64,000 bases of DNA. Origin: Escherichia phage myPSH1131. This document shows, piece by piece, positions 19,854-31,965 of the stretch (its first letter is position 1; each line of letters starts with the position of its first letter). The notes under the pieces are model-generated. The model saw nothing but the letters and a program-made list of their open reading frames with translations. It made no database searches and was not told the origin of the DNA. The stretch lies in sequence record MG983840.1; one strand, given 5' to 3'. A program made the position numbers and the translations under genes.

Positions 19854-22800
19854 ATGGCTAACATTAAACCGTGGGAAGAAGCTTCCAAAGCTCCTGCGTA
19901 TCTGAATGCCTCTCCGGAGCAACAAGCTCAAATGAGAGAACAATATAAGGCAGCAGGTGGCTCTATTCCTGAGGAACAACCAGTAGCACAACCACAACAA
20001 GAAGAACGTGGTGCTATAGGTGAGTTTGCTCAAGGTGTGTCAAATGCTCTTCAATCTGGTGGTGCAAATATTGCAGCTAGTGCTGCTAAAGGTATTGGTG
20101 GTTTAGTTGAGATTGGTGAGAATCTAGCTGGAGCACAAACTAGTTATGGTAAGCGTATCCAAGAGAACTCTCAGAATCTTCTGAAAGAACGTATGGATAA
20201 GATTGAGGATGGGATTGGTAAAACTGTCGGTCAGTATGCTGGCGTTGCTGGTGATATCGGTTTGACAGTTGCTAACCCATTGGCTGCTGCTGCTATCATC
20301 GCAGGTCGTGAGACAGGTCGTGCATATGCAGACCAAACCCCTGAAGAGGGAGAAGATAAGTCTATTCTAGATGCAGCCTTAGTTGGTGGTGCTAACTATG
20401 CGGCTCAGAGAATCCTTCCGGGTGCTGTCGGTACAGCTGAGTCCACACTTGGACGTATTGGTCAGAACGTTGCTAGTAACGCAGTGGCTGGTGCTAAAGG
20501 TGGCGCTCTTGTGGGTGCTGCTGAAGCTCAGAACAAGCATGGAGATGATACAACCTTTGCTAATGTATTAGAGGGTGCTATCGAAGAAGGTGCTATGGGT
20601 GCTGCATTCGGTGGTGCAGTTGGTGGAGTTCATGGTTTGATTAGCCGTCCAGATTCTGCTGTCTTCAAGAATACTCCAGAGTATGCGAAGACTGATATTG
20701 CTGCTGATGATGAACTAATTCGTAGTGCTAAGAATATTGATGAACTGAAAGAAGCTTACTCTAAAGCTGAAACTGCTAACGCTGCTTCTGCTCTGAATCT
20801 TCTGGATGAGAATGGATTCCGTATTACAGATGCTGTTGCTGTGGATTCTCCTGCTGCTCAGCGTATTCTTAATACTGACCAAGCTCGTGCTGAGAAAGCT
20901 GCTTCTGTTCAGAAAGAACATTCCAACATTCCGGGCCTTAATCCTTTAGCTTCTCCTGCTAAGACTCGTGGTAAAGCATTTGCTGATAATGAGCACAACC
21001 AGAAGCAGGCTGTTGCTATGAAGGATGCAATGGCTGACTACACCAAAGACAACACGAAAGCTCTTACAGATGTTCTAGATAACCTAGACCGTGAATTAAC
21101 TTCTCTCCGAGCTTCTGGTGATTTTACTGGTAGTCCGATTGATATTAAGAATCGTACACAAGCTGACCGTGATTTCATTGATGCTTACAAGACTTTCTAC
21201 AATGAAGCAAATCGATTCAAAGCTCGTGAAGGTGAAGATTTTAATAACTTTGTAGAGAAAGCTACTGAACTACAGAAGATGGCTGATAATGTTTCTCCAG
21301 AGATGAAGAAAGCTATCGGTGGGTTGAAGAAACTGAAAGGTATGCCTGAAGGTTTTAATCCTATTCAAGATGCTTATACTCTGAACAATACAGCTAAATT
21401 CATGAGCAACCAAGATCGTGGTTGGACTTCCTTGACTGATGATGGATTCCGTGAAGCTTCTTCACCTAGTCTGGTAATGAACACTCTTGGTGCTGCTAAG
21501 TATGCTCTGAATCGCTTCTCTTCTCAGCGTGCTCGTTCTCAACGTGTTAAGCAACAAGAATCTAACAGTGAAGCTATCCGCTCTCTTGCTCGTGGTGATT
21601 TGGAAGTTGCTCGTGCTAAATCTACTGCTGATGAAGCTCGTGCTAAGATGGAAGAAGAACCAGTTGTTGATGACATTAAATTTAAGACGCAAAATGACGT
21701 AGAAACCGAACCGGTTCGGGAGCCTTCTTCTAGTACTGTGACGGAAGAAAATCTTCCTTCTTCTACTCCTCAAGAGACTCCTCTTACAGCTCGTGATTTA
21801 GTTGCGCAAAGACGCGCTATCCGTCAGGCTGAACAGCGTCGCGCTGAAGAAGAGGCATTGGCTGCTCAAGAAGCTCCGGTCGAACAGGCTCCACAGGCTG
21901 AACCTCTCCCTGCTCGTAACCCTCTAGAGGAGCGTCGTGCAATGGAACAGCAACGTGCTCAAGAAGAGGCCGCACAGGCTCCAGAACCTACCGTAGAGGA
22001 ACCAACAGTCAAAGCTGAGCCATTACCTGCCCGTGCTCCTAAAGCTCCTAAGGAAGCTGTACAGGACGTTAAACCGGCAAGTGGTGTAGAACGTTTAGCT
22101 GCTATGTCTAGTGCTGCTCGTCAGGCTACTAAAGATCGTGCAGAACGCTTTGCTCGTTCTCTGTACTCTAAGGCTGCTAAAGCTAAAGCTACTGCTGAAA
22201 ACTTCTTGGCTTATAAAGGTGATCCTAAGGAACTGATGCGTCGTATTCGTCAGGAAGATAATGCTATCAACACTGAACGTCATGAAGAAATGGCTCGTAA
22301 CCAGTTGGCTTCTCAGCAAGGTATTGCTACTGCTAAGAACAACACTGTACGAACTAATTTTGCTGAATGGGTTAAGGAACGTGGTCTGCCAGAAGACATT
22401 GCTACTAAGGCATTACGTGCTGAAGAGAAAGGTTTAGGTGGGAACGTAACTAACTTGGATAGTCTGAAACGTCGTGCTGAAAGGTTGTATCAGAAGCAGC
22501 GTGAAGATGAGTTTGATAGACTGTACCAACAAGCTCTAGAAGAGAATAAAGCTTTCGATAACAAGAATGCTCCTAAGCTGGTTGACCAGAAGAAAGAGCT
22601 TCAGTCTGAGATTGATACTTTGATTGATGCAGAACCTTTACGTCCTGCTCAGAAAGACGCTATGCGTAAATTGATGAATGACTTTGTAGATGGAAAGTTT
22701 AAATCTTCAGAGAAGGCTGGTAGGGAAGAGGCTTTGGAAGTTGGTCAGATGAAGGATATTTGGGATGGGTTTATTAACACCTATAACAGAGAAGTGAATG

Positions 22801-23201
22801 CCTTCAACAAAGCTAACAAGAACTCTCAGTACGAAGCTGCTGCTAAGCATTTACAGGCTCGTGAAGAACGTCTTGCTACACTCAGGAAAAAGGCTCAGGC
22901 TCGTTCGGATGCTAAAGCTGCTGTTGAGAATGAACGTAAAACTCTAGAGGCTATTGCAGCTCAGAAGAGTGAGATTGAGAAGATGATGGAAGGTTTACCT
23001 AAACCTGTTCGTGAGGCTCAGGAATCTCGTACACTGAAACAGTTGGCTGCTCACCACGATAAGAACTCTCCAGTTCCTCCAGAGAAGTTCCGTAGTTACA
23101 TTGAACGTATCCATAACGCCGAGTCAGACTACCTTGATCGTCAGCGTCGTTTAACTGATGCAGAGGAAGATGCTCGTCAGGCTAAGTGGAACAAGATGTA
23201 G
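19854..23201 (+). CDS. large internal virion / ejection protein (about 1115 aa)
   Basis: Start moved to the ATG preceded by SD AAAGGAGA; the track start at 19809 overlaps the promoter. Ala/Glu-rich with coiled-coil regions. Confidence 0.45.
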   Translation: MANIKPWEEASKAPAYLNASPEQQAQMREQYKAAGGSIPEEQPVAQPQQEERGAIGEFAQGVSNALQSGGANIAASAAKGIGGLVEIGENLAGAQTSYGKRIQENSQNLLKERMDKIEDGIGKTVGQYAGVAGDIGLTVANPLAAAAIIAGRETGRAYADQTPEEGEDKSILDAALVGGANYAAQRILPGAVGTAESTLGRIGQNVASNAVAGAKGGALVGAAEAQNKHGDDTTFANVLEGAIEEGAMGAAFGGAVGGVHGLISRPDSAVFKNTPEYAKTDIAADDELIRSAKNIDELKEAYSKAETANAASALNLLDENGFRITDAVAVDSPAAQRILNTDQARAEKAASVQKEHSNIPGLNPLASPAKTRGKAFADNEHNQKQAVAMKDAMADYTKDNTKALTDVLDNLDRELTSLRASGDFTGSPIDIKNRTQADRDFIDAYKTFYNEANRFKAREGEDFNNFVEKATELQKMADNVSPEMKKAIGGLKKLKGMPEGFNPIQDAYTLNNTAKFMSNQDRGWTSLTDDGFREASSPSLVMNTLGAAKYALNRFSSQRARSQRVKQQESNSEAIRSLARGDLEVARAKSTADEARAKMEEEPVVDDIKFKTQNDVETEPVREPSSSTVTEENLPSSTPQETPLTARDLVAQRRAIRQAEQRRAEEEALAAQEAPVEQAPQAEPLPARNPLEERRAMEQQRAQEEAAQAPEPTVEEPTVKAEPLPARAPKAPKEAVQDVKPASGVERLAAMSSAARQATKDRAERFARSLYSKAAKAKATAENFLAYKGDPKELMRRIRQEDNAINTERHEEMARNQLASQQGIATAKNNTVRTNFAEWVKERGLPEDIATKALRAEEKGLGGNVTNLDSLKRRAERLYQKQREDEFDRLYQQALEENKAFDNKNAPKLVDQKKELQSEIDTLIDAEPLRPAQKDAMRKLMNDFVDGKFKSSEKAGREEALEVGQMKDIWDGFINTYNREVNAFNKANKNSQYEAAAKHLQAREERLATLRKKAQARSDAKAAVENERKTLEAIAAQKSEIEKMMEGLPKPVREAQESRTLKQLAAHHDKNSPVPPEKFRSYIERIHNAESDYLDRQRRLTDAEEDARQAKWNKM

Positions 23202-23309
23202 TAGAGAAAGACTAGCTTAAAAGAGGAACCTCATGAGGAATAAGAACGAAGATTGTAAGTATAGTTCAAACCGAGGTCATAATATAATAGATTTCATAAG
23301 TATTAGAAT

Positions 23310-24263
23310 ATGCAGAACAACGATCCGGGATTCATCTCCCAACAGCTGGCTGGGTTTAATGGCAACCAACAAGGTGCTCTGAACAACTTAGCAGCTTCTA
23401 CTACTCAGAAGCAATTGGCTGATATGTACACACCTCGTACACAGCAAGGGTTGGACCAATTAAATTCTCTTGCACAGCAGTATCAGAATATTGTCAATGG
23501 TGGTGGTCTAACTGCTGATGGTGTTAATAACTTTAGTAAAGGATTGAATAACTCAGCTCTTGCTCAAGCGACTAGTAAGGCAGCTTCCAATGTATCCCTC
23601 GGAAATGGTTCTGATTCAGGCTCTCTCCGTAGAGCTGCTGCTCAAGGTGCTGCTCTGAACAGTGCTAATACAAACTTAGCTCGTACTATCAGTGGCAAGA
23701 ATATGGGAATCAGTGCTCTTCAACAAGACCAAAACTTCCAGAGGGGCTTACTTGGTGCTCAGTCAGGATTGGCTGGACAGAATCTCAATCTTGGTGCTCA
23801 AGGTGTTCAGGCAACTCAACAAGCTATCCAGAATCAACTCATGGCTGGTAATCTACAACAGCAACAAGCCCAAGCTCAAGCTGATATTAATTGGCAGAAC
23901 GCTATTGGCTCTCAACAGTATGGGTGGAATCAGCTTAACAACCAACTTAATGTATTAAATAGTGTAAGCCCAATGGCTGGGTACACGATTAAGAATGCTG
24001 CTCCGGGGGTTAATACTGGACAACAGCTCCTAGGTGCTGGTATCACTGGATTAGGTATTGCAGGTCGTATGGGTGCTTTCTCTCCTAATCAACAGACTCA
24101 GAATGCTTGGAGTTCCTATAACAACTCAGGTGGGCAATCTGGAATGGCTGGTCCTATGATTGGTGGTTCTAATCTTTCTCAACAGAAAGGTCAGTCTAAC
24201 TGGTTATCCACAGCAGGTAGTAATATCTTAGGTGGTGTCTTAGGGGCATTTGGAGCAAACTAA
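23310..24263 (+). pseudogene. second copy of protein A lacking the first ~34 codons
   Basis: About 93% aa identity to A from residue 35 onward; no SD, and unrelated sequence upstream. Confidence 0.5.
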
Positions 24264-24275
24264 AGGAGATTTGAT

Positions 24276-24665
24276 ATGAGTATGGAGTCTAAAGGATATA
24301 AAGACCCTGCCAAATACGAAGCTTATCTTGAAAGACAGAGAGATTATAAGAGACGTAAAAGGGTCGAGGGTGACCCTTGGTATGATCCTGAAAAAGTGAG
24401 AGCTAAGAATCTCCAAAAGATGTATGGGATATCTCATGAAGAATATGAGAAAATGTGGGAAGAACAAGAAGGGCTTTGCAAGATCTGTGGTAATCCAGAG
24501 AGTGTTAAACTTAAAGGTGTGGTTAAGCTACTAGCTGTAGATCATTGTCATTTATCTGGCAAGGTTCGTGGTCTTCTTTGTAATAACTGCAACAGAGCGA
24601 TAGGTATGCTTAAGGATGACCCTGAGATACTTCGTCGTGCTGCTAGCTATTTAGAGGAGATATAA
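24276..24665 (+). CDS. HNH homing endonuclease (free-standing)
   Basis: HNH motif DHCHLSGKVRGLLCNNCN. It lies between the A and B paralogs, which are directly adjacent in the first copy. Confidence 0.75.
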   Translation: MSMESKGYKDPAKYEAYLERQRDYKRRKRVEGDPWYDPEKVRAKNLQKMYGISHEEYEKMWEEQEGLCKICGNPESVKLKGVVKLLAVDHCHLSGKVRGLLCNNCNRAIGMLKDDPEILRRAASYLEEI

Positions 24666-24666
24666 T

Positions 24667-25635
24667 ATGTCGCTTTTCGGAGGCGGGGGTAGTAAAACTA
24701 CTTCCCAAATGATTCGCCCTGAATACATTCAACAGTATATTGACCAGCTTAACCAACAGATTGGTAATACTAGTTCAGGGGATTATGTTTATCGGGACAA
24801 CGTAGGATTTAATAATAACCAAACAGAGGCACTTAATAACTTAGCACAATCTGGCGCTTTAGGCACTCTCTCACAGCAATACATGGATGCAGCAGGTCAA
24901 GGGTTAGGTTATCTGGATAATGCCTATAAAGGCTATCAGAGCCTCTCTGGACAAGGTGGGATTACTGGAGAACAGATTGGTGCTCTCGCTGGTCAACTGT
25001 ATGATGATGACGCTGTGCAAGCAGCCATTACAGCTAATAATGAACAGGTTCAACAGAACTTGGCACGTAATGCTCTTCCTCAGTTGGCTCAACAGTTTGC
25101 CGGTCAACAAGGTTCAGGTGCTCGTATGGCTAAGTCTTTTGCCCAAGGTGATGCTCTGAATCAGATGCAAGGGCAAGCAACAGATATTACCAATAGTGCA
25201 TATAACTCGGCTATCAGCCAAGCTGAAAGCATCCTCTCTGGTAATAGACAGAATCAGGCAGCTGCTCTCTCTGGTCTTTCTAATATTGGTTCTAACCTTT
25301 CTAACCTAGGTCAGCAGGGTGCTAATTTGTCTCAACAGCAAATAATGAATCAATGGAATGCAGGGTTGCAGCAACAACAGCAACAACAGAATGAATATGA
25401 TAATGCCTACCAGAATGCTCAGAACGCAGCTAATTGGGGATGGCAAGATATCAATAACCAACTCGGTGCAGCAGGTGTACTTAACGGTGCTCTCGGACAA
25501 ACTACAACTACTAAAACATCTGGTGGCAAAGGTGGTTTCCTTGGTGGAGCTATGAGTGGTGCAGCAGCTGGCTCTTCCTTTGGACCTTGGGGTGCATTAG
25601 CTGGGGGTGTAATCGGTGGGTTGGCTAGTACTTAA
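24667..25635 (+). CDS. second copy of protein B
   Basis: 322 aa, about 97% aa identity to B; SD GAGGAGA. Confidence 0.4.
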   Translation: MSLFGGGGSKTTSQMIRPEYIQQYIDQLNQQIGNTSSGDYVYRDNVGFNNNQTEALNNLAQSGALGTLSQQYMDAAGQGLGYLDNAYKGYQSLSGQGGITGEQIGALAGQLYDDDAVQAAITANNEQVQQNLARNALPQLAQQFAGQQGSGARMAKSFAQGDALNQMQGQATDITNSAYNSAISQAESILSGNRQNQAAALSGLSNIGSNLSNLGQQGANLSQQQIMNQWNAGLQQQQQQQNEYDNAYQNAQNAANWGWQDINNQLGAAGVLNGALGQTTTTKTSGGKGGFLGGAMSGAAAGSSFGPWGALAGGVIGGLAST

Positions 25636-25648
25636 TTAGGAGATAAAT

Positions 25649-26482
25649 ATGCAACAGACAACTTACGCTCAGGTCAGAAGTCGTGACCCGAGAAATACTT
25701 TCTATGGTGTTAATCCGGGAGCGGCTTCGGCCTCTCCTTATATGGCTAGACCAACTCAGACAGCAGATATTTCTATGTATCAACGTCCTGCTATACCTGC
25801 TGGGCTTTCCTCTCTTATAGGTCAAACTTCAGTAGATTATCAGAATATGTTGAATCCTGTTCAGAGTAATGGTCTTCCTTCTGATATCCCAAATGATGTA
25901 CAACCTCAAGCACAACAGGCTGTAACTCTTCCTGAGTTTGAGAATCAAGAAACCATGCAAGCTGCTGGACTTTCCCCTTCTTCTATTCCTCCAGAATCAG
26001 AACCTCTTCCGGTAACACCTCCTACTAAACCGTTAGAAGCTGGTCCTATGGAGTTTACTCCTTCTCAGGTGGAACAGGCACAAGGTGTGATTAATACTCT
26101 TGCTCAAGGACAAGATACTGGTGATGGAATGGCTGCTGCCACTCGTGCTAAAGATCAGGAACGTGTTAACAACGATATATTGCAAGTTGCGAAAGCTAAA
26201 GACCCTTCGGAAGCTTGGAACAAACTACAGAAAGAACCATTCTACCAAAACTCCAGTTTCTACACAGGTTTGATGGGTGTAGGTCTTTCCATTATGTCAG
26301 GTAAGTCTCCTATTGAAGCTTTCCAGATTGGTCAGGGAATGGCTAATCAAGATGAGACTAAGAAGCAACTGGAAGCTAACCGTGCGTCATACATCCCAAT
26401 TCTCTTCAGAAGTCTGGATGTTCATCTTCAAAGCATCCTGAGATGCCTCCATAGAACCAATCCGATTTACTTCCAAGGATAA
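25649..26482 (+). pseudogene. second copy of protein C, 3'-truncated at a junction
   Basis: Matches C for about 245 aa, then diverges after LEANR at about 26385 into unrelated sequence. Confidence 0.5.
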
Positions 26483-26676
26483 CAACTTCTTCATTCATAT
26501 ACCCTCCTAGATTGTGTTTATAAAATTAGTAAGTTTCTCTTCACTTTCATCAAAAGCTTTTCCAGCTGCTTCCATCTCCCAAGTATCGGCATTGTCAATA
26601 AAGCTCTGAGCTTCTAATAGGTCGTGGATTAAGTCGAAGAGTTTATTTTTATCTGCTTGTGTGATCATGTCAGTTC

Positions 26677-26904
26677 CTAGATTAAATCGTAATACTGAAT
26701 AATGTCAGAGAGTTTGAACTCTCGAATCTCATCTTTCTCTACATCTATCGCTGTCATAATCCAACAAGGTTTGCCACCGTTATGAAAACGGGAGCTAGCA
26801 ACGGAGGTTCGGAGTGGAATAACGGACCGGTCAGCAACCTCGCCTCTCCAATTGCGATAGCGAAAGCGAAGCACTTGTTGCGTAGATTTTTGATCATCAC
26901 TCAT
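26677..26904 (-). CDS. hypothetical protein
   Basis: Track ORF trimmed to an internal ATG so it no longer overlaps the HNH gene; contains FRYRNWRGEV. Confidence 0.25.
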   Translation of the reverse strand: MSDDQKSTQQVLRFRYRNWRGEVADRSVIPLRTSVASSRFHNGGKPCWIMTAIDVEKDEIREFKLSDIIQYYDLI

Positions 26905-27298
26905 TTCCTTTTTTGAATTGTTTTCTTGCATCATTCTCTTCTTTTGTTTTAATCTTATGACAAGGGTCTTTACACAGAACCTGAAAACCTTCTTTCTCAC
27001 ACAGAGCACGAGAGATGATCTCATCCCAAGTGGCTTCATGGTCAAGAGGAACTATAGGCTCTATGTGGTCAATAGCCATATCCTTTACAGGGTGGTCAGA
27101 ACCACACATGGCACACTTAAAGTGCATTGCCAGTCTACCTGTCTTTGGATTAATCTTCTGCTCTGTCTTGGCGTCTGCTAGTGCATCGAACATGGGCTTC
27201 CACTTTCTAGTCAGAGAACGAATCCCTGACTTGATAAAAGAATTGTAACGAGCTTCAGTCCACATTCCAGAGCATCTAGTCTTCTCAGCCTTCGCCAT
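26897..27298 (-). CDS. HNH endonuclease
   Basis: CAMCGSDHPVKDMAIDHIEPI ... LCKDPCHKIK HNH signature. Confidence 0.7.
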   Translation of the reverse strand: MAKAEKTRCSGMWTEARYNSFIKSGIRSLTRKWKPMFDALADAKTEQKINPKTGRLAMHFKCAMCGSDHPVKDMAIDHIEPIVPLDHEATWDEIISRALCEKEGFQVLCKDPCHKIKTKEENDARKQFKKGNE

Positions 27299-27476
27299 AA
27301 CCTACACTCATATCATCTTCTTCCCATACACGTTTATCTACTCGGTGTGATACTTTTTCACGTTTTTCTTTAATATAGCGGTTGCCTAATTCGTGGCTAT
27401 ATTTAATACGCTGCTCTTTACGAGATTCACGGTTGGAGGAGTTTTCATCATATGAACGATAATCAAATTTACCCAT
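27285..27476 (-). CDS. small basic hypothetical protein
   Basis: 63 aa ORF; the same sequence recurs at about 33110-33290. Confidence 0.25.
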   Translation of the reverse strand: MGKFDYRSYDENSSNRESRKEQRIKYSHELGNRYIKEKREKVSHRVDKRVWEEDDMSVGYGEG

Positions 27477-27489
27477 TATAATATCCTTA

Positions 27490-28332
27490 TTACCAAGATT
27501 TATCTAACCATGTCCAGTCGAACAGGTCTTCCGGAGTCTGACCAACAAAGAGCAGCCGAGCATTCTCAAGCATCTTCTCTTCATCTTCAGTATCGAACTT
27601 CTTATAATATTCCATTCGTACTATATGATACATGGTCCATCTATCTGTAACACCAGCCAACAGACTAGCTGCTGCTTTCTTCCCTATTCCTTGACGTCGA
27701 AGCTGAAGCTTACCACCCCACATAACCTCTTTACGTTCCCCACATCCGGGGATGTTATCCGTACCATCTCCAATCAACATTTGATAGAAGAAGTTTTGCC
27801 ATGAAACTAAATCAGATACGTAATGAGGAGGGACTTCTTTCTGTCTTTCTCCACAAGCCCAGCGATAATGCCATCCGGGAGTTATCAACAAATCCTTGTC
27901 TCTAGTACAGATGATAGTATTCTTATCCCTACGTTGCCTTTCAGCTAGTGCATCATCAGCCTCTCTCCCAAAGACCTCAATGTATTCGTACTTGGCTTTA
28001 ATGTAATCACCAACGTTTTGCCAGTGAAAAGGTCTTTCTCCGGGAGGTCTGTTTGCCTTGTAGTCTTGTTGCTTAGCAACATCGAAACGGAAGTTACCGC
28101 CTTCGCTGAAGTAGAATACAACCTTACTACAACCCGAGCGAGCTATAATTGTATCAATCTTGTACTGAAGTCGTTCAATCATGAAATTGTAATCAACTGG
28201 AACACGTCCTGTGTCAAGGAAGGGATGCTCCTGAGTAAGAGCACCCACTTCATACCGAAGAACGTCAGCGTCCACTATAGCAACTTCAGGGAGCTTAACT
28301 TCTTCCATAAATATCATCCTGAGCTTGAGCAA
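27490..28332 (-). CDS. 5'-3' exonuclease / flap endonuclease (FEN family)
   Basis: GDGTDNIPGCG and the helix-3-turn-helix GIGKKAAASLLAG; acidic PIN-like N-terminal region. Confidence 0.7.
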   Translation of the reverse strand: MLKLRMIFMEEVKLPEVAIVDADVLRYEVGALTQEHPFLDTGRVPVDYNFMIERLQYKIDTIIARSGCSKVVFYFSEGGNFRFDVAKQQDYKANRPPGERPFHWQNVGDYIKAKYEYIEVFGREADDALAERQRRDKNTIICTRDKDLLITPGWHYRWACGERQKEVPPHYVSDLVSWQNFFYQMLIGDGTDNIPGCGERKEVMWGGKLQLRRQGIGKKAAASLLAGVTDRWTMYHIVRMEYYKKFDTEDEEKMLENARLLFVGQTPEDLFDWTWLDKSW

Positions 28333-29184
28333 TAATCCAATCTAGGTCTGATACTGCTGATTCAATAGTTGAGTCATTAAACAGTAGATATGTTTTTCTC
28401 TGTTCGCCTTCAATATACGAGCGAGAATCTCTATCAAAAGAACAACCATCTCTAAGAACTTGGACAACTTGGACATTGAAATTCTTTTCTAGTTCTCGTA
28501 CCTCTGCATCAAAGCCTCCGTCAGTGAAAACAATAATGTCGTCCTGACCCAGCCCTTCTTGTTTGATGCTCTCTACAGCAAGATTCCCCATATGGTTGTT
28601 GCCAAACATAGGTTTTAAGAAGTCTTCACTTGTAGAAATCATCAAATCTCTTACAGACTTCCCTCCCCATTCTGGTCTAGGCTTTTCTTTCCATTCACGA
28701 TCTTCATAGAGTGCTAGAAAGTTTTCTAGAGGCATACCCAATGCAGCAGCAGCTACATTATACATCGGCTCCTTGAAAGACTTGGTTGAATATCCATGAT
28801 GGTATGAGTGTGCATTTACCCAAGCACTAGCTATCGTATCTTTACCACAACCCGGAGGCCCATTAAGAATTACCACTAAAGGTTTATATTGGGAGCATTC
28901 CACCATATTAGTCAGTGCTGGATTGCCTTGAGATTCCATTTCTAATTGCTCCGTGTGGTCATGTGAGTAGTCTACTGGAGAAGTTTTGTTACCAGTAACT
29001 TTAGGTAAAATCGCTCTAGTTGTTTCTACGTATTTACCGCCATCAATATTGATTTGAAACTCTACAAGCTCATTCTGTAACTCATATCCTGATAAGTTGG
29101 ATAGCTCCTCCAACTCATCTCTGACGAAATTTAAATGTTTGATTTTAATTGCAAGAGCTTTCTTTAAAGCTTTTACCTCTTCAT

Positions 29185-29194
<10 letters not shown>
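28295..29194 (-). CDS. P-loop kinase, dNMP-kinase-like
   Basis: Walker A ILNGPPGCGKDT; the GKDT form is shared with T4-type dNMP kinases. Coiled-coil N-terminus. Confidence 0.45.
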
Positions 29195-30478
<1,284 letters not shown>

Positions 30479-30721
30479 AATGCATCTCTTTATAAATAGT
30501 TTCCGTGTTCTTCTTCCAGTTAGATAAACCGGTAAGAACCCTCTGAGCAACTTCATCAGCTGCCCTACTTCTTTCAATCTCTAACTCTTGCTGGTGCTTC
30601 TCTTTGTCCAGATTACTGCTGTCTGTTTGGTACTCGTTAAACTTCATACCACCAAAGAATACAAGAGCTGAGAAAATGATAAACCCTATATTATCACTTA
30701 ATGTACTTTGCATACTGTCTC

Positions 30722-30748
30722 CAACGAAAAAAGCCACCCGAAGGTGGC
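30722..30748 (-). terminator. rho-independent terminator after the SSB gene
   Basis: Minus strand reads AGCCACC-TTCG-GGTGGCT followed by TTTTTT. Confidence 0.6.
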
Positions 30749-30770
30749 TAAGCTATAACAAGGAGAGTTA

Positions 30771-31517
30771 TCAGAAAGGCGAATCGTTATCATCTTCATA
30801 AGTAGAAGCAGGCTCTTTATCAATCGTAGGAATTGAAGGAGTAGCTTCTTTCTGTTCTGTTTCAGAAGCACGAGTAATTTCACGACCAGCCAGAGGCATG
30901 TTCTTAGCGTCATTAGCTTGAGTAAGCAGATTGCGCTGGAACGGGAACATCAGTTGATAAGATGCTACGTTCTCGTCGGTTTCAGCATACGGTTCGAAGA
31001 ATACCAGAGGACTACGAGCTTCACCAACTGCTGCACGATATTTAGTTGGGATTGGAGAAATGGTCTTGATGGAGTTTTTAACTTCACCAGCTTTGTTAGT
31101 GTAAGAGTTAACCAGAATGTTAACAGGCTGACCTAACAGAACATCCTTGAACCAAGACAGATCACCTTTCAGTGCTTGAATACTTGGGTCAACCATCTTG
31201 CAAAGATCAAGAATACCAGAGTTCTTAGCTCGTGGGTTTACATCATAGCTCTTGAACTGGCAAGCCGGACGTGGTTCTAATGCCTTACCATCGGAATCTT
31301 TACCAGTAGCATCAACACCAATCAGCTCGAAAGCTAAATCCATACGGAAAGCCGGATTCTTAGGAGTTACTGCTTTGGTCTTCGGGTCAATCCAAGGGTC
31401 ACGATTGTGAACACCCAAACCTACTACACGAACGATACGTGCTTCGTATTCACCATCAGGGATTACATCGTAGTTGGATTTACGGGAAGAAGTTGCGATA
31501 GTTGGAATCATAGACAT
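30771..31517 (-). CDS. ssb: single-stranded DNA-binding protein
   Basis: 248 aa with an acidic C-terminal tail ending EDDNDSPF, as in SSB interaction tails. Confidence 0.5.
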   Translation of the reverse strand: MSMIPTIATSSRKSNYDVIPDGEYEARIVRVVGLGVHNRDPWIDPKTKAVTPKNPAFRMDLAFELIGVDATGKDSDGKALEPRPACQFKSYDVNPRAKNSGILDLCKMVDPSIQALKGDLSWFKDVLLGQPVNILVNSYTNKAGEVKNSIKTISPIPTKYRAAVGEARSPLVFFEPYAETDENVASYQLMFPFQRNLLTQANDAKNMPLAGREITRASETEQKEATPSIPTIDKEPASTYEDDNDSPF

Positions 31518-31576
31518 AGTGTAATTTCCTTATTTAATTTGAAAGATTGTTGCTCTCTTTGAGCGGTTATGTATAA

Positions 31577-31585
31577 TATACATTA
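31577..31585 (-). promoter_or_regulatory. TAATGTATA promoter motif (minus strand), upstream of ssb
   Basis: Plus strand shows TATACATTA; about 60 nt upstream of the SSB start. Confidence 0.45.
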
Positions 31586-31768
31586 CATATATAGTGTAGG
31601 AACTACCGGAAGGTAGTAGGTTTTGTCCAAACAAAAGTCTCTTTAGAATTATTTGTTGGAGATTGTCTCTTATAAACCCGAGACTGCCTAGCAGTTACAT
31701 AAGCTCTAGCTTTTTCTGTAGCTGCATACTTATGGTTAAATTTCATGGTAGTATATCTCTAAGTGCTA

Positions 31769-31777
31769 TAATGTATA
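31769..31777 (+). promoter_or_regulatory. TAATGTATA promoter motif with no annotated downstream ORF
   Basis: Exact motif on the plus strand inside a ~560 bp non-coding interval. Confidence 0.35.
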
Positions 31778-31899
31778 TAAGTTATAGCTGATAAAGTTAT
31801 TGCACGGGACTGACGACGATAAGGCGCAGACGACAATCTCTCATAAGTTTGTAAGAAATTGAGAGACTACCGGAAGGGCAGGAGCCACCTGCGAGATAA

Positions 31900-31965
31900 A
31901 AATAGAGAATTAAGGAATCCTTGATTTAGGTTGTAGGGACTCCTAGGGACTTTGATTCTCTATTT
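31900..31965. repeat. structured element: 11-bp perfect inverted repeat flanking internal palindromes
   Basis: AAATAGAGAAT ... ATTCTCTATTT separated by 44 nt; inside are AAGGAATCCTT and TAGGGACTCC TAGGGACTTT. Confidence 0.5.

Noticed and set aside
26677-27045. Full 122-aa track ORF overlapping the HNH gene
   Set aside because: Its N-terminal 50 aa overlap the HNH catalytic region in another frame; only the non-overlapping part (26677..26904) is kept, at low confidence.
30714-30737. GTG start at 30737 for the i-spanin candidate
   Set aside because: The GTG lies within the stem and T-tract of the ssb terminator; the downstream ATG at 30713 is the more plausible start.
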